From assembly GCA_904418825.1 (NCBI GenBank), contig CAJFPU010000001.1, forward strand, positions 986-64,985: a stretch of 64,000 nt of DNA, written 5' to 3'. The DNA comes from an uncultured Romboutsia sp. (lineage in GTDB: Bacteria; Bacillota; Clostridia; Peptostreptococcales; Peptostreptococcaceae). The position numbers and the translations under genes are program-made. The notes beneath the pieces were generated by a model. The model did not search any database and had not been told where the DNA came from. It saw only the letters and a program-made list of their open reading frames with translations. Positions 9,826-19,278 of this stretch are shown here, in pieces. The number at the start of each line of letters is the position of its first letter. Position 1 is the stretch's first letter.

Positions 9826-10165
9826 AGCTTTCAAGCCTCCTTATGTTTTCATTCTTCTTTACTTCTATTACTACTTTATAACATTTATAGTAATATTCAG
9901 ACTCTTCTACTATTTTTTTAATTTCATATTCATTAATAATTTCAGTATCATTATAGCTGCTACTTATATTATTATTTCTAATACTACGTTTTATATAATC
10001 TAAATTAGATTTTGCAATATTTGTCATTTCTATCTTTGATATATTATTATTTAATATAAAATAATTGTTATATAATGATACTGAAACCATATAAATTAAA
10101 GTACATATTATCGATAAACTAATTATACATTCAATAGATGAAAATCCATCCTTTTTATTTTTCAA
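9809..10165 (-). CDS. Type IV/ComG-like minor pilin
   Basis: MKNKKDG|FSSIECIISL class III signal with E5; AGGAGG RBS. Confidence 0.8.
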   Translation of the reverse strand: MKNKKDGFSSIECIISLSIICTLIYMVSVSLYNNYFILNNNISKIEMTNIAKSNLDYIKRSIRNNNISSSYNDTEIINEYEIKKIVEESEYYYKCYKVVIEVKKNENIRRLESYVLQQ

Positions 10166-10188
10166 ATTTCCTCCTATTATTAATATAT

Positions 10189-11043
10189 TTATTCAACACT
10201 TTCTTCATAAAGTCTCTTTATATATTCAAAGTCTTCTTCACAAGGATTAATATTTGTCCATATATAAAAAGCTTCTAATGCTTGATTTATAAGCATATCT
10301 ATTCCATATATAACATCTAAATTGTTTTTTTGTGCCCACTTTATAAAAACTGTATCTTTTGGTTTGTAAACTATATCACAAACTAATATTTTTTTATCTA
10401 TTTCTATATTTGTATCTATCGGGCATAAATTACTCTCCATGCCTATAGGAGTAGTATTTATTAAAATATCTATATCAATTAAACAATTTCTACTTATAGT
10501 ATTTTTTGAACAAATAGCTTTAGTATCAAAATTATTATTTATAGAGTTTATAATTTCATTTGCTCCATCTAAACTTCTATTTCTAATTTCTATAGACTCT
10601 ACACCTTTAGATGCTAATTCTATAGCTATACTTCTACAAGCACCTCCTGCACCTATTATCATTACTCTTTTATTTTTTATATCATAACCTTTATCTAAAA
10701 TTGATTTTACAAAACCTATTCCATCAGTGTTATATCCTTTTAATATTCCTCCTTTATTTTTTATAGTATTTACTGCTCCTATTAATTTTGCATTACTATC
10801 TATACTATCTAAATATTTAATTATATTTACTTTATGAGGTATTGTAACATTGCATCCTTTTATATCTAATGCTTTTATTCCATATACACAATCTTTTAAT
10901 TTATCTTCTTTTACATCAAAACATACGTATATATTATTTTCAAAATATTTTTTAAATAAATAGTTATGTATAGTTGGAGAAAAACTATGTTTTACAGGAT
11001 GTCCTAAAAGACAAATCGTCTTTGTATTTGAGTTTATATTCAT
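10189..11043 (-). CDS. aroE: Shikimate dehydrogenase
   Basis: GHPVKHSFSP, NVTIPHK, GAVNT, NTDG, GAGGA, NTTPIGM; ATG 11043 behind AAGGAG. Confidence 0.95.
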   Translation of the reverse strand: MNINSNTKTICLLGHPVKHSFSPTIHNYLFKKYFENNIYVCFDVKEDKLKDCVYGIKALDIKGCNVTIPHKVNIIKYLDSIDSNAKLIGAVNTIKNKGGILKGYNTDGIGFVKSILDKGYDIKNKRVMIIGAGGACRSIAIELASKGVESIEIRNRSLDGANEIINSINNNFDTKAICSKNTISRNCLIDIDILINTTPIGMESNLCPIDTNIEIDKKILVCDIVYKPKDTVFIKWAQKNNLDVIYGIDMLINQALEAFYIWTNINPCEEDFEYIKRLYEESVE

Positions 11044-11097
11044 TTTATTCTCCTTTTTCTTTATTTCCATTTATTGTATTATATATACTATATTATA

Positions 11098-13566
11098 TTA
11101 AAAGTTACACATATTTAAATATTTTTGATAAATAAATGTATCATTATCATCCTTTACCCTATTTCTATAAATCTTTATATTACTATCTAGATTTAATTCT
11201 ATAGAAACTTCTATATTTTTATCAGAATCAGTCTTTATATCTATTTTCCCATTATATAGTACTATTATATTTTTTGCTAAAGAAACTGCAATATCTAGAA
11301 TTCTTCTATCTTTATCATTTATATATTTATTATAATCATATCCACCAATATTTTTTATACTTATTATACTCTTATTACATTTAGTTGTAAGCAATATATT
11401 TACTAAACTTTTTTTATCTGAATATCTTAATATCATAGTCAATAAAGTTAATATTATTTTTTCTATATCTTTAGGATCTACAAAAGCAATTTTTTCTTCT
11501 TCATTTGTATCAAAGAAAATTTCTATATCATTTAATTTTATATAATCATTAAATTCTAAAGCTGTATCTTCAACTAAAGTTACTATATTATAGTAATCTT
11601 TATTACTTTCATAAATATTTAACTCCAATTTAGATAAATCCATTATATTATTAATTACATCCATTAAAATATCTGTATTCTTTTTTATAATTTTAACTGT
11701 ATTTGATAGTAGACTATTTTGATTTATCCTTATTTCTTCTTTATGTAAAATTGACATTAGCTGATTAGATGATGATATTACATTTAAAGGTGTTTTTAAC
11801 TCATGAGACATATTTATAAAAAACTCAGACTTTATTTTATTAGCTATTTTTTGCTTTTCTATTTCTATTTCGATTAACTCTGTCTTAACTTGATTAGTTA
11901 CATCTCTTACGATACCTACAACATTTAATTTTTTATTTACCTCTATAATAGTTCCTCCACACTCTATATGCATATCTGCTTGTCCAGATTTAATAATCTT
12001 TCTTTGAAATTTTATATTTTCATCATCCTTAGAAGTTGTTATTATCATACTATCACTTATATTATCTATTTCTATATCCTCGACTGTATTACAATTTATC
12101 ATTTCTAAAAATCTAGAATTAGCATAAGTTATATTATTATTGTCAAAATTAGCTATATAAATCCCCTCTGGTATTATATTAACTAGTGTTTCATATTTTT
12201 CTTTGCTTATTTTTAATTTATATAATAATTTTTTATAATTAGTTATATCTCTAATTACTATAACATTTTTCTTGCTATTAATATCTCTAAAACTTGCTCT
12301 ATCTATATTTAAGAAAATATCTTTATTATCTTTATATGTATATTTAAATTCTCCACTTTCATTTGAATTAAAGATAATATTATTTATTTGTTTACTCATA
12401 AAATCTATATTTTGACTCTTATTATTATTATATATAATATTATTTTCATCAGTTAATAGTATTGAATAAGGTATATTATCTACTATTTTTTTATATTTCA
12501 TTTTGTTATCTTTTATTTTCATTTCACTTTTCTTCTTATAAGTAATATCTTCTATATAGCAAACAAATCCAACTTCATTGTCATCTATAATTAATTTACA
12601 ATATGTACAAGAAAAGTATCTCCCATCATTACCTTCAAATTCACCCTTAAGTTTATCTGTTTTCTTATCTAGTAAATTAATGTATTGTAAAAATTTATCT
12701 TTATTTTTTACACTATTGTTTAAAAATTCTAATAAACTTAGGTTTCCTTTAAATGATTTATACTCTCTCCACATATTATAAAAACTTTCATCTTCATTAA
12801 TTATATTTCCTAGATTATCTATTAAAATTACACATTTATTACTTTGATCTAAAATAGTATGTAAAATTTTATTTTTTTTATTTAAATTTTCTTTTATAGT
12901 GGTTGATATATTTTTATTTATATCAAATTTTTTATCTGTATCAATTATCTCATCATTAAATAAGTTTATTTTTTTAGTAATTTTCATATTTTTAAATTTT
13001 GATTCTTTTATATATACTATATATATGTTTCCTAGTATAAATATAGCTGATATTAAATCTAATATATTACCTATATTTACTATATTTATATTCTTGTCTA
13101 TTAATAAGCATATACCTATATAAGATAAATTCAAAATCAATACTACTTTTGAACTTTTATTTAATTTATAGTTATATATAATAATTGAAAACATATATAC
13201 AGTTGACATTAGCATATATAATAAAATTAACTTATTATATTCTATTAATTTATGATTAGTTTGTGTTAATATTGTTAATAATGATAATATATAATTTGTA
13301 TTCATAACAAATTTCAAATTATGATCTTTTAATTTATATAGATTTAACTTTAAAATTAATAACATAACAAGTATCTTAATATTATATTGTAATAAATTAG
13401 TATCAAATCCTTTTATTATTATACTAATTTGATATACAATTATAGTTATTAAAATCATTAACATCATTGTATTTTTCTTATTTTTTTTGGATGTCCAATT
13501 TGCATATAATATGTATGTACTAGTAAGAAAAATTGCTATACTAAATAAATTTATATACTTATACAT
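11098..13566 (-). CDS. Membrane-bound PAS orphan histidine kinase with intact H-box and degenerate HATPase domain
   Basis: Hydrophobic N-terminus, PAS-like repeats, EFFINMSHELKTPLN; N, G1, F and G2 boxes are not recognisable. Confidence 0.85.
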   Translation of the reverse strand: MYKYINLFSIAIFLTSTYILYANWTSKKNKKNTMMLMILITIIVYQISIIIKGFDTNLLQYNIKILVMLLILKLNLYKLKDHNLKFVMNTNYILSLLTILTQTNHKLIEYNKLILLYMLMSTVYMFSIIIYNYKLNKSSKVVLILNLSYIGICLLIDKNINIVNIGNILDLISAIFILGNIYIVYIKESKFKNMKITKKINLFNDEIIDTDKKFDINKNISTTIKENLNKKNKILHTILDQSNKCVILIDNLGNIINEDESFYNMWREYKSFKGNLSLLEFLNNSVKNKDKFLQYINLLDKKTDKLKGEFEGNDGRYFSCTYCKLIIDDNEVGFVCYIEDITYKKKSEMKIKDNKMKYKKIVDNIPYSILLTDENNIIYNNNKSQNIDFMSKQINNIIFNSNESGEFKYTYKDNKDIFLNIDRASFRDINSKKNVIVIRDITNYKKLLYKLKISKEKYETLVNIIPEGIYIANFDNNNITYANSRFLEMINCNTVEDIEIDNISDSMIITTSKDDENIKFQRKIIKSGQADMHIECGGTIIEVNKKLNVVGIVRDVTNQVKTELIEIEIEKQKIANKIKSEFFINMSHELKTPLNVISSSNQLMSILHKEEIRINQNSLLSNTVKIIKKNTDILMDVINNIMDLSKLELNIYESNKDYYNIVTLVEDTALEFNDYIKLNDIEIFFDTNEEEKIAFVDPKDIEKIILTLLTMILRYSDKKSLVNILLTTKCNKSIISIKNIGGYDYNKYINDKDRRILDIAVSLAKNIIVLYNGKIDIKTDSDKNIEVSIELNLDSNIKIYRNRVKDDNDTFIYQKYLNMCNF

Positions 13567-13589
13567 ATTAATCTCCTTATTAATTTCTC

Positions 13590-15974
13590 TTATGAAGTTA
13601 AATTAAGATATATGTCCGAAAACTCTATATCTATCTTTTCATTTTGAGTAAATTGGTCTTGTAATTTAATATTTTTACTTAATATATTATTTGGTAATAT
13701 TATTTTGAATTCACTACCTTTATTCAATTCACTTTCTACATTTATCTTTATGTTATTGAGATTTGCTAGTTTTTTTACTACAGATAGACCCATACCTGTG
13801 CCTTCACATCCTCTAGATAAAGTCGTATCTATTTGTTCAAAATTTTCAAATATAATATCTTTCTTATCTTTTGGTATACCTATGCCGGTATCTTTTATAG
13901 ATATACAAACATTCTCTTTCTCAATATATAAATTTATATCTATTTTCCCACCTGTATCTGTGAATTTTATTGCATTTGATAATATATTTAAAATTATTTT
14001 TTCTACCTTATCTATGTCTAAAGCTAATATTTTCTTATTTATCTCACTTTTAAAACTTATATGTATTCCTTTTTTATCTGTATATGATCTGGATATCTTA
14101 ACTATATTATCCACAAACTTAACGATATCAAATTTTCTTAATTCTAAAGTACATGTTCCGTTATCAATCTTACTTACATATTCTATATTATTTAAAAGTT
14201 TTATAAGTCTATAGCAATTTTGTGTAACTAATCTAGTATGATTGTTTATATTTTCTGAGTTATAATTCCCTTTATTGTCAATTAATTTATTGTTAATTTC
14301 AAATATAGTATTAATAGGCTTTTTTATATCATAGGCTACATTAGATAAAAACTCTGTTTTAAACTTATTTTTTTCTTTCATCTTATTTAATTCTTTTTCT
14401 AATTGTATAGATTTGAATTCATAATCTAACATTCTAAATACTACTATAAGAGTTCCTTCTTCTTCTCTTTTAACAACCGCTAATGATATATCAATATTTT
14501 TTATCTTATCTATTGTAAATCTTTTGAATTCTCCATAATTCTCTTCTTTAATATATGTTCTTATAGACTCATTTAATTTATCTAAACCTATAATTTTTAG
14601 CATTCTTATACTTGCTTCATTTCTATAAATATGTTTATTCGTCATTGGATTTATTATTACTATACCTTCTGGTAATGTTTGAAGTAATAATTTATACGTT
14701 TTTTCACTTTGTTCTATATTCATTATTGTATTTTCTAATTCAGTTATATCTATTAATATACTAATCAGTAAATCTTCATTATTTAGATTTATATTAGTTG
14801 TAACTAATTCAACAATATTTCCATTTATTAATTCTATCTTATTTATAATTTTTTCTTCTTTTCCACACATTACTGATTGTATACTAGATAAAAATTTTTC
14901 TCTAAATTTTTTGTTTATAATATTTTTTACATTCTCTATAGATATTTCTTTTTCATTATTATTTATATCTAATATTTCTAATCCTTTATCATTTATATAT
15001 TTTATATTTTTATTATCATGTATTATAATTCCCTCATTTAATACATCTATTAAGTTTTTATACATCTTCTCACTTTCTTCTAACTTATTTTGTATTAATG
15101 TAGTTTGAGTTATATCTTTTAATATACATATTATAACTACTCTGTCATCTATAGTATCTAAAAAACATTCAAGTCTATAAATTTTTCCATCATAAGATTT
15201 AATATTAAGATTTATTGTATCTTGAGTTACTACTTTTTTTATTTCTTCCATTAATTTTTTATATTTAGGAAACTTAAACTGTAAATATTTTGATATGTCC
15301 ATCTTATTTTCTTCATTATCATAATCTTCTATTAATTTATTAAATGATTCATTACTATAAATAAATTTTTTATTTATATCTAGGATAAATATTGGAATGT
15401 CAGATTCTTCTATTGATTTGCTTATTTTATTATTAATTCCTAGCATTTCATCTTTATAAGTTTTTTGAAGTTCTTTTTCTATTTTTATTTTCTTTTTTAA
15501 TTCTTTTATGTAAGATTTTTTTTCATTTAAATCATTATTATTATCTGATAATTCTTTATTAAATGTTTTTATATGATCTATAATTAAATATTTTAATATT
15601 ATAATATTCAATACTATATTTATCAAAATATTATACTCAGATTTAATATTACAGATATAGAATAACCCTAAAATTAACATAAATTTATATAGAAAATTAT
15701 TAATTTTTAACTTTTCTATTATTATTGATATGATTAAAAATTTTAAAATAAGTACTATATTAATAAAATTTGTACTATCTATTACATTATCTATATTTAA
15801 GTACAAATATATAAAAATTTCTCCTATATAAATTATTACTTGTAATAACATTATCTTTCTCTGATTTAATGTATATAATATTAAAGATATAATTGGAATA
15901 GAAAATATAACAACTATATTTATATTTTGTAATATTTCCTTATATTTATATAAATTCATTAAATTAATCACCAT
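13590..15974 (-). CDS. Membrane-bound PAS orphan histidine kinase lacking the phospho-His, with intact HATPase domain
   Basis: H-box reads EFLSNVAYDIKKPIN; NILSNAIKF, DTGIGI, FENFEQ, GTGMGL intact; C-terminal IEFSDIY. Confidence 0.88.
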   Translation of the reverse strand: MVINLMNLYKYKEILQNINIVVIFSIPIISLILYTLNQRKIMLLQVIIYIGEIFIYLYLNIDNVIDSTNFINIVLILKFLIISIIIEKLKINNFLYKFMLILGLFYICNIKSEYNILINIVLNIIILKYLIIDHIKTFNKELSDNNNDLNEKKSYIKELKKKIKIEKELQKTYKDEMLGINNKISKSIEESDIPIFILDINKKFIYSNESFNKLIEDYDNEENKMDISKYLQFKFPKYKKLMEEIKKVVTQDTINLNIKSYDGKIYRLECFLDTIDDRVVIICILKDITQTTLIQNKLEESEKMYKNLIDVLNEGIIIHDNKNIKYINDKGLEILDINNNEKEISIENVKNIINKKFREKFLSSIQSVMCGKEEKIINKIELINGNIVELVTTNINLNNEDLLISILIDITELENTIMNIEQSEKTYKLLLQTLPEGIVIINPMTNKHIYRNEASIRMLKIIGLDKLNESIRTYIKEENYGEFKRFTIDKIKNIDISLAVVKREEEGTLIVVFRMLDYEFKSIQLEKELNKMKEKNKFKTEFLSNVAYDIKKPINTIFEINNKLIDNKGNYNSENINNHTRLVTQNCYRLIKLLNNIEYVSKIDNGTCTLELRKFDIVKFVDNIVKISRSYTDKKGIHISFKSEINKKILALDIDKVEKIILNILSNAIKFTDTGGKIDINLYIEKENVCISIKDTGIGIPKDKKDIIFENFEQIDTTLSRGCEGTGMGLSVVKKLANLNNIKINVESELNKGSEFKIILPNNILSKNIKLQDQFTQNEKIDIEFSDIYLNLTS

Positions 15975-16138
15975 CTCTTTCTTATTTTGTTAACTTTATC
16001 TAAATTTATCTATATTTTTAAGTAATTATTATGTATAAACTAAGATGATATTAATATTTTTTGCTATATAACTAATATTAGCAGATTCATGTAAGTTTTT
16101 TTGTCGTTTTTGATTGTCTAATTATGAATTTTTCAACA

Positions 16139-16172
16139 AAAAAAGCCTTATTTAGTTAAATAAGGCTTTTTT
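16139..16172 (-). terminator. sigK terminator overlapping its stop codon
   Basis: aaaagccttattt / aaataaggctttt inverted repeat with T-run on the minus strand. Confidence 0.7.
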
Positions 16173-16806
16173 CTGATTTTAGTTCTTTTTGTAATTTTTT
16201 CAATGCTCTCTTTTCAATTCTAGATACATATGATCTTGATATTTCTAATTTTTCAGCAATTTCTCTTTGTGTTTTATATCCACATGTAGTTAAGCCATAC
16301 CTTAGTAATACAATTTCTTTTTCCCTCTTTGTGAGTATTTTATCTACTTTTTCATATAGTTTACTAATTTGAACATTTAACTCTACTTGATCTAATATAT
16401 AATCAATATCAGTTCCTAAAACATCAATAAGACTAATCTCATTGCCTTCTTTATCTGTGCCTATGGGATCTTGAAGTGATACTTGAACTTTATTTTTCTT
16501 ATTAGTTCTAATATTCATAAGAATTTCATTTTCAATGCATCTAGATGCATACGTTGCAAGTCTTGTACCTTTATCTATATTATAAGTCTCTATAGCTTTT
16601 ATAAGCCCTATAGTACCTATAGATATTAGATCATCTTGATCCTCATTAGAATTATTGTATTTTTTAGCTATATGAGCTACTAGTCTCATGTTTCTCTCTA
16701 TTAGAACTTCCTTTGCATATTCATCTTGCTCTTCCTTAAATTTTGTTAGATATTTTAATTCTTCTTCAGGGGTTAATGGTTTTTCAAACGATTTTAATAT
16801 AGTCAA
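16156..16806 (-). CDS. sigK: Late mother-cell sporulation sigma factor SigK (uninterrupted, no pro-peptide)
   Basis: SFEKPL, RNMRLVAHIAKKY, DDLISIGTIGLIKA, RLATYASRCIENEILM, DPIGTDKEGNEISL, TQREIA..ISRSYVSRIEK; TTG start after GGGGGTG. Confidence 0.95.
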   Translation of the reverse strand: MTILKSFEKPLTPEEELKYLTKFKEEQDEYAKEVLIERNMRLVAHIAKKYNNSNEDQDDLISIGTIGLIKAIETYNIDKGTRLATYASRCIENEILMNIRTNKKNKVQVSLQDPIGTDKEGNEISLIDVLGTDIDYILDQVELNVQISKLYEKVDKILTKREKEIVLLRYGLTTCGYKTQREIAEKLEISRSYVSRIEKRALKKLQKELKSEKSLI

Positions 16807-16863
16807 AAGGCCACCCCCTTTTTTTATTTCATGTCATTTTAAATTATATGAAGGTGACCTTTT
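16805..16863 (-). promoter_or_regulatory. Anti-SD hairpin with SigE/SigK-type -10 upstream of sigK
   Basis: Arms 16863-16850 and 16818-16805 (14 bp including 3 G.U); CATATAAT at 16850-16843; -35 poor. Confidence 0.6.
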
Positions 16864-16876
16864 TTAATTACTATAT

Positions 16877-18556
16877 TTATTTAATTTTATTATTTATTTT
16901 CATACATATTTCTTTAAATATAGGTAATGAATGTTTATTTCCATTTTTATTTCCTTCTACTAATACTGTTATAGCATATTTAGGTTCATTTTCAGGATAA
17001 AAGCCAGTTATCCAACTATGATTTACCTTCACACCATCAACTGTACTTTGAGCTGTACCAGTTTTTACTCCACATCCATCAGGTAAGTCATTTAATTCTT
17101 TACCTGTACCTTCTTTAGATACATTTTTCATTAATTCTTTTATCTTAGTCAGCGAATACGGAGATATTATATCTTCAGTTTTATTACTTTTAAATGTTTT
17201 AATTATATTTTGATTTGAGTCTAATATACTATCATATAAATACAATGGTTTATATGTTCCATTATTAGCTATAATTTGAGTCATTTGATTTACTTGTATC
17301 GGAGTAAACTCCATACTCCCTTGACCTATAGCTAAATTCCTTATAGATATATCTTTTGGAATTATTTCAAATTTCTCTTCTTCTAATCCTATATCTACCT
17401 TTTCTTCCATATGTAGTTTTTTAGCAGCCTCTATTATTTCTTCCTTACCAACTTTCAATGCTATATCTAAAAATGCAGGATTACATGAATTAGAAAATGC
17501 ATCTTTTAATGTTTGATGTCCATGTCCATCTAAATTATTACAATTTAAAACTTCATTATTATCACCTATAGCTATACTTCCACTACATTCATATGTATAA
17601 TTTTCATCTATTATTTTATTTTCAAATGCTGCATAAAGAACTACTATCTTAAATATAGATCCAATAGGATAATTAACTTGAATAGCTCTATTCATAGTTT
17701 CTCCATCTTTACTGTTTATATATTTAGATAAATTATACTGGTCAAAATTAGGCCTAGAACTTATAGCTAATATTTCTCCTGTATTTACATCAGATATTAC
17801 TACTGCACTAGGATTCTCTTCTCTATCAACTGTCTCCTCAACTATACTTTGAATTTCTTTATCTATAGTTAATTTAATATGCTTATCATCATCGCTTTGA
17901 TTTATTGTTTTTATACTGCCTTTTAATATACCTACATTTTTATTTCCTTCATTTCCTGCTTGGCCAGCTTTAAATACAGAAATATATTCCTCATGAGAAT
18001 TATTAAGTATTTTTTCCATATCTTTTTCTATTCCATATTTACCTATCTTGTCTGCACTACTTATATATCCTATTGTATGAGATAAAATACCATCTGATGA
18101 GTATCTTAATTTTTTATCTTCTATTGTTACATTTTTTTCTTTTAATTTTTTTTCTAAATTATAATCTATACTTGTAATTTCTATTTCAACCACAGAATCT
18201 AATACTGTGTATTCAATATCTGTTTTTAATTCTCCATTTTCATTTTTTATTACTTTATTTATTAAATTTTTAGTTTCACTATCGTTCAAAATTTGACTCT
18301 TTGGCACTACTATTATTTTAGATAATTTTGTATCTGTTAATGGATTTTTATTTCTATCATATATCGTACCTCTTCCACTATTTAATTCTATTTTCCTAGT
18401 GTTTTGATTATCTATTTTTTCTTGATAAAAATCAGAGTCTATGATTTGTATATCTATAATTTTATATACTAATACTAGATATCCTACTATAAAAAAATAA
18501 AATATACTATATGCTCTTCTAATTATTTGTTTTGGTAAAATAGTTTTTCTTGACAT
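16877..18556 (-). CDS. Class B penicillin-binding protein (transpeptidase), probably sporulation-associated
   Basis: N-terminal TM, RGTIYDR, SIFK, SCN, KTGTAQ motifs. Confidence 0.9.
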   Translation of the reverse strand: MSRKTILPKQIIRRAYSIFYFFIVGYLVLVYKIIDIQIIDSDFYQEKIDNQNTRKIELNSGRGTIYDRNKNPLTDTKLSKIIVVPKSQILNDSETKNLINKVIKNENGELKTDIEYTVLDSVVEIEITSIDYNLEKKLKEKNVTIEDKKLRYSSDGILSHTIGYISSADKIGKYGIEKDMEKILNNSHEEYISVFKAGQAGNEGNKNVGILKGSIKTINQSDDDKHIKLTIDKEIQSIVEETVDREENPSAVVISDVNTGEILAISSRPNFDQYNLSKYINSKDGETMNRAIQVNYPIGSIFKIVVLYAAFENKIIDENYTYECSGSIAIGDNNEVLNCNNLDGHGHQTLKDAFSNSCNPAFLDIALKVGKEEIIEAAKKLHMEEKVDIGLEEEKFEIIPKDISIRNLAIGQGSMEFTPIQVNQMTQIIANNGTYKPLYLYDSILDSNQNIIKTFKSNKTEDIISPYSLTKIKELMKNVSKEGTGKELNDLPDGCGVKTGTAQSTVDGVKVNHSWITGFYPENEPKYAITVLVEGNKNGNKHSLPIFKEICMKINNKIK

Positions 18557-18562
18557 AAAATC

Positions 18563-18608
18563 ACCCCTTAGATATTTTCATTTTTGACAATATCTAAGGG
18601 GTTCATAC
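18563..18608 (-). promoter_or_regulatory. SigF/SigG-type promoter overlapping an anti-SD hairpin upstream of pbp
   Basis: GTATG-N15-GTCAAAAATG; 14-bp perfect arms 18563-18576 / 18589-18602 covering the RBS AAGGGGT. Confidence 0.65.
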
Positions 18609-18615
18609 TTTATTA

Positions 18616-19245
18616 TTAGTTTAATTGAGTTTTTATTTTAGTAATAACTATATCTATAGCAACTTCATTTTGTCCACCTTCTGGCATTATTATATCAGCA
18701 TATTTTTTATATGGTTCAATAAATTGATCATGAGCAGGTTTTACTGTTGATAGATATTGTTCTATAACTGAATCTACAGTTCTTCCTCTTTCTTTTATAT
18801 CTCTTTGTATTCTTCTAAGAATTCTTATATCATCTTCTGTATCTACATATATTTTTATATCTAATTTATCTCTTAATTCTTCGTCTTCAAATATCATGAT
18901 ACCTTCAACTATAATTATATCCTTAGGAGATATAGTTACAGTTTCATTTTGCTTTCTAGTGTGTAATTCATAATCATATATAGGCTTTTCTATAGTTTTT
19001 CCTTCACATAATTCTTCAATATGTTTTATAAGTAATTTATTGTCAAAAGAAAGCGGATGATCATAATTTGTTTTTAATCGTTCTTCAAAAGTCAAATGAG
19101 ATTGATCTTTGTAATATGCATCTTGTTCTAATGTAGCTATGTTTTCTTCAGGTATATTATCTATTATAGCCTTACAAACAGTACTTTTACCTGATCCAGT
19201 ACCTCCAGTTATACCTATTATAAGTGGTCTTTTGTTGTTTTTCAT
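18616..19245 (-). CDS. udk: Uridine kinase
   Basis: [32 protein letters not shown]. Confidence 0.96.
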   Translation of the reverse strand: MKNNKRPLIIGITGGTGSGKSTVCKAIIDNIPEENIATLEQDAYYKDQSHLTFEERLKTNYDHPLSFDNKLLIKHIEELCEGKTIEKPIYDYELHTRKQNETVTISPKDIIIVEGIMIFEDEELRDKLDIKIYVDTEDDIRILRRIQRDIKERGRTVDSVIEQYLSTVKPAHDQFIEPYKKYADIIMPEGGQNEVAIDIVITKIKTQLN

Positions 19246-19278
19246 AATGTCAATTCTCCTTAATATATAGCTTTATTT

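Noticed and set aside
11098-15974. Kinase pair as skin-element cargo or a horizontally acquired island
   Set aside because: sigK is intact, no serine recombinase or flanking repeats were seen, and the low GC fits membrane/PAS proteins in this genome.
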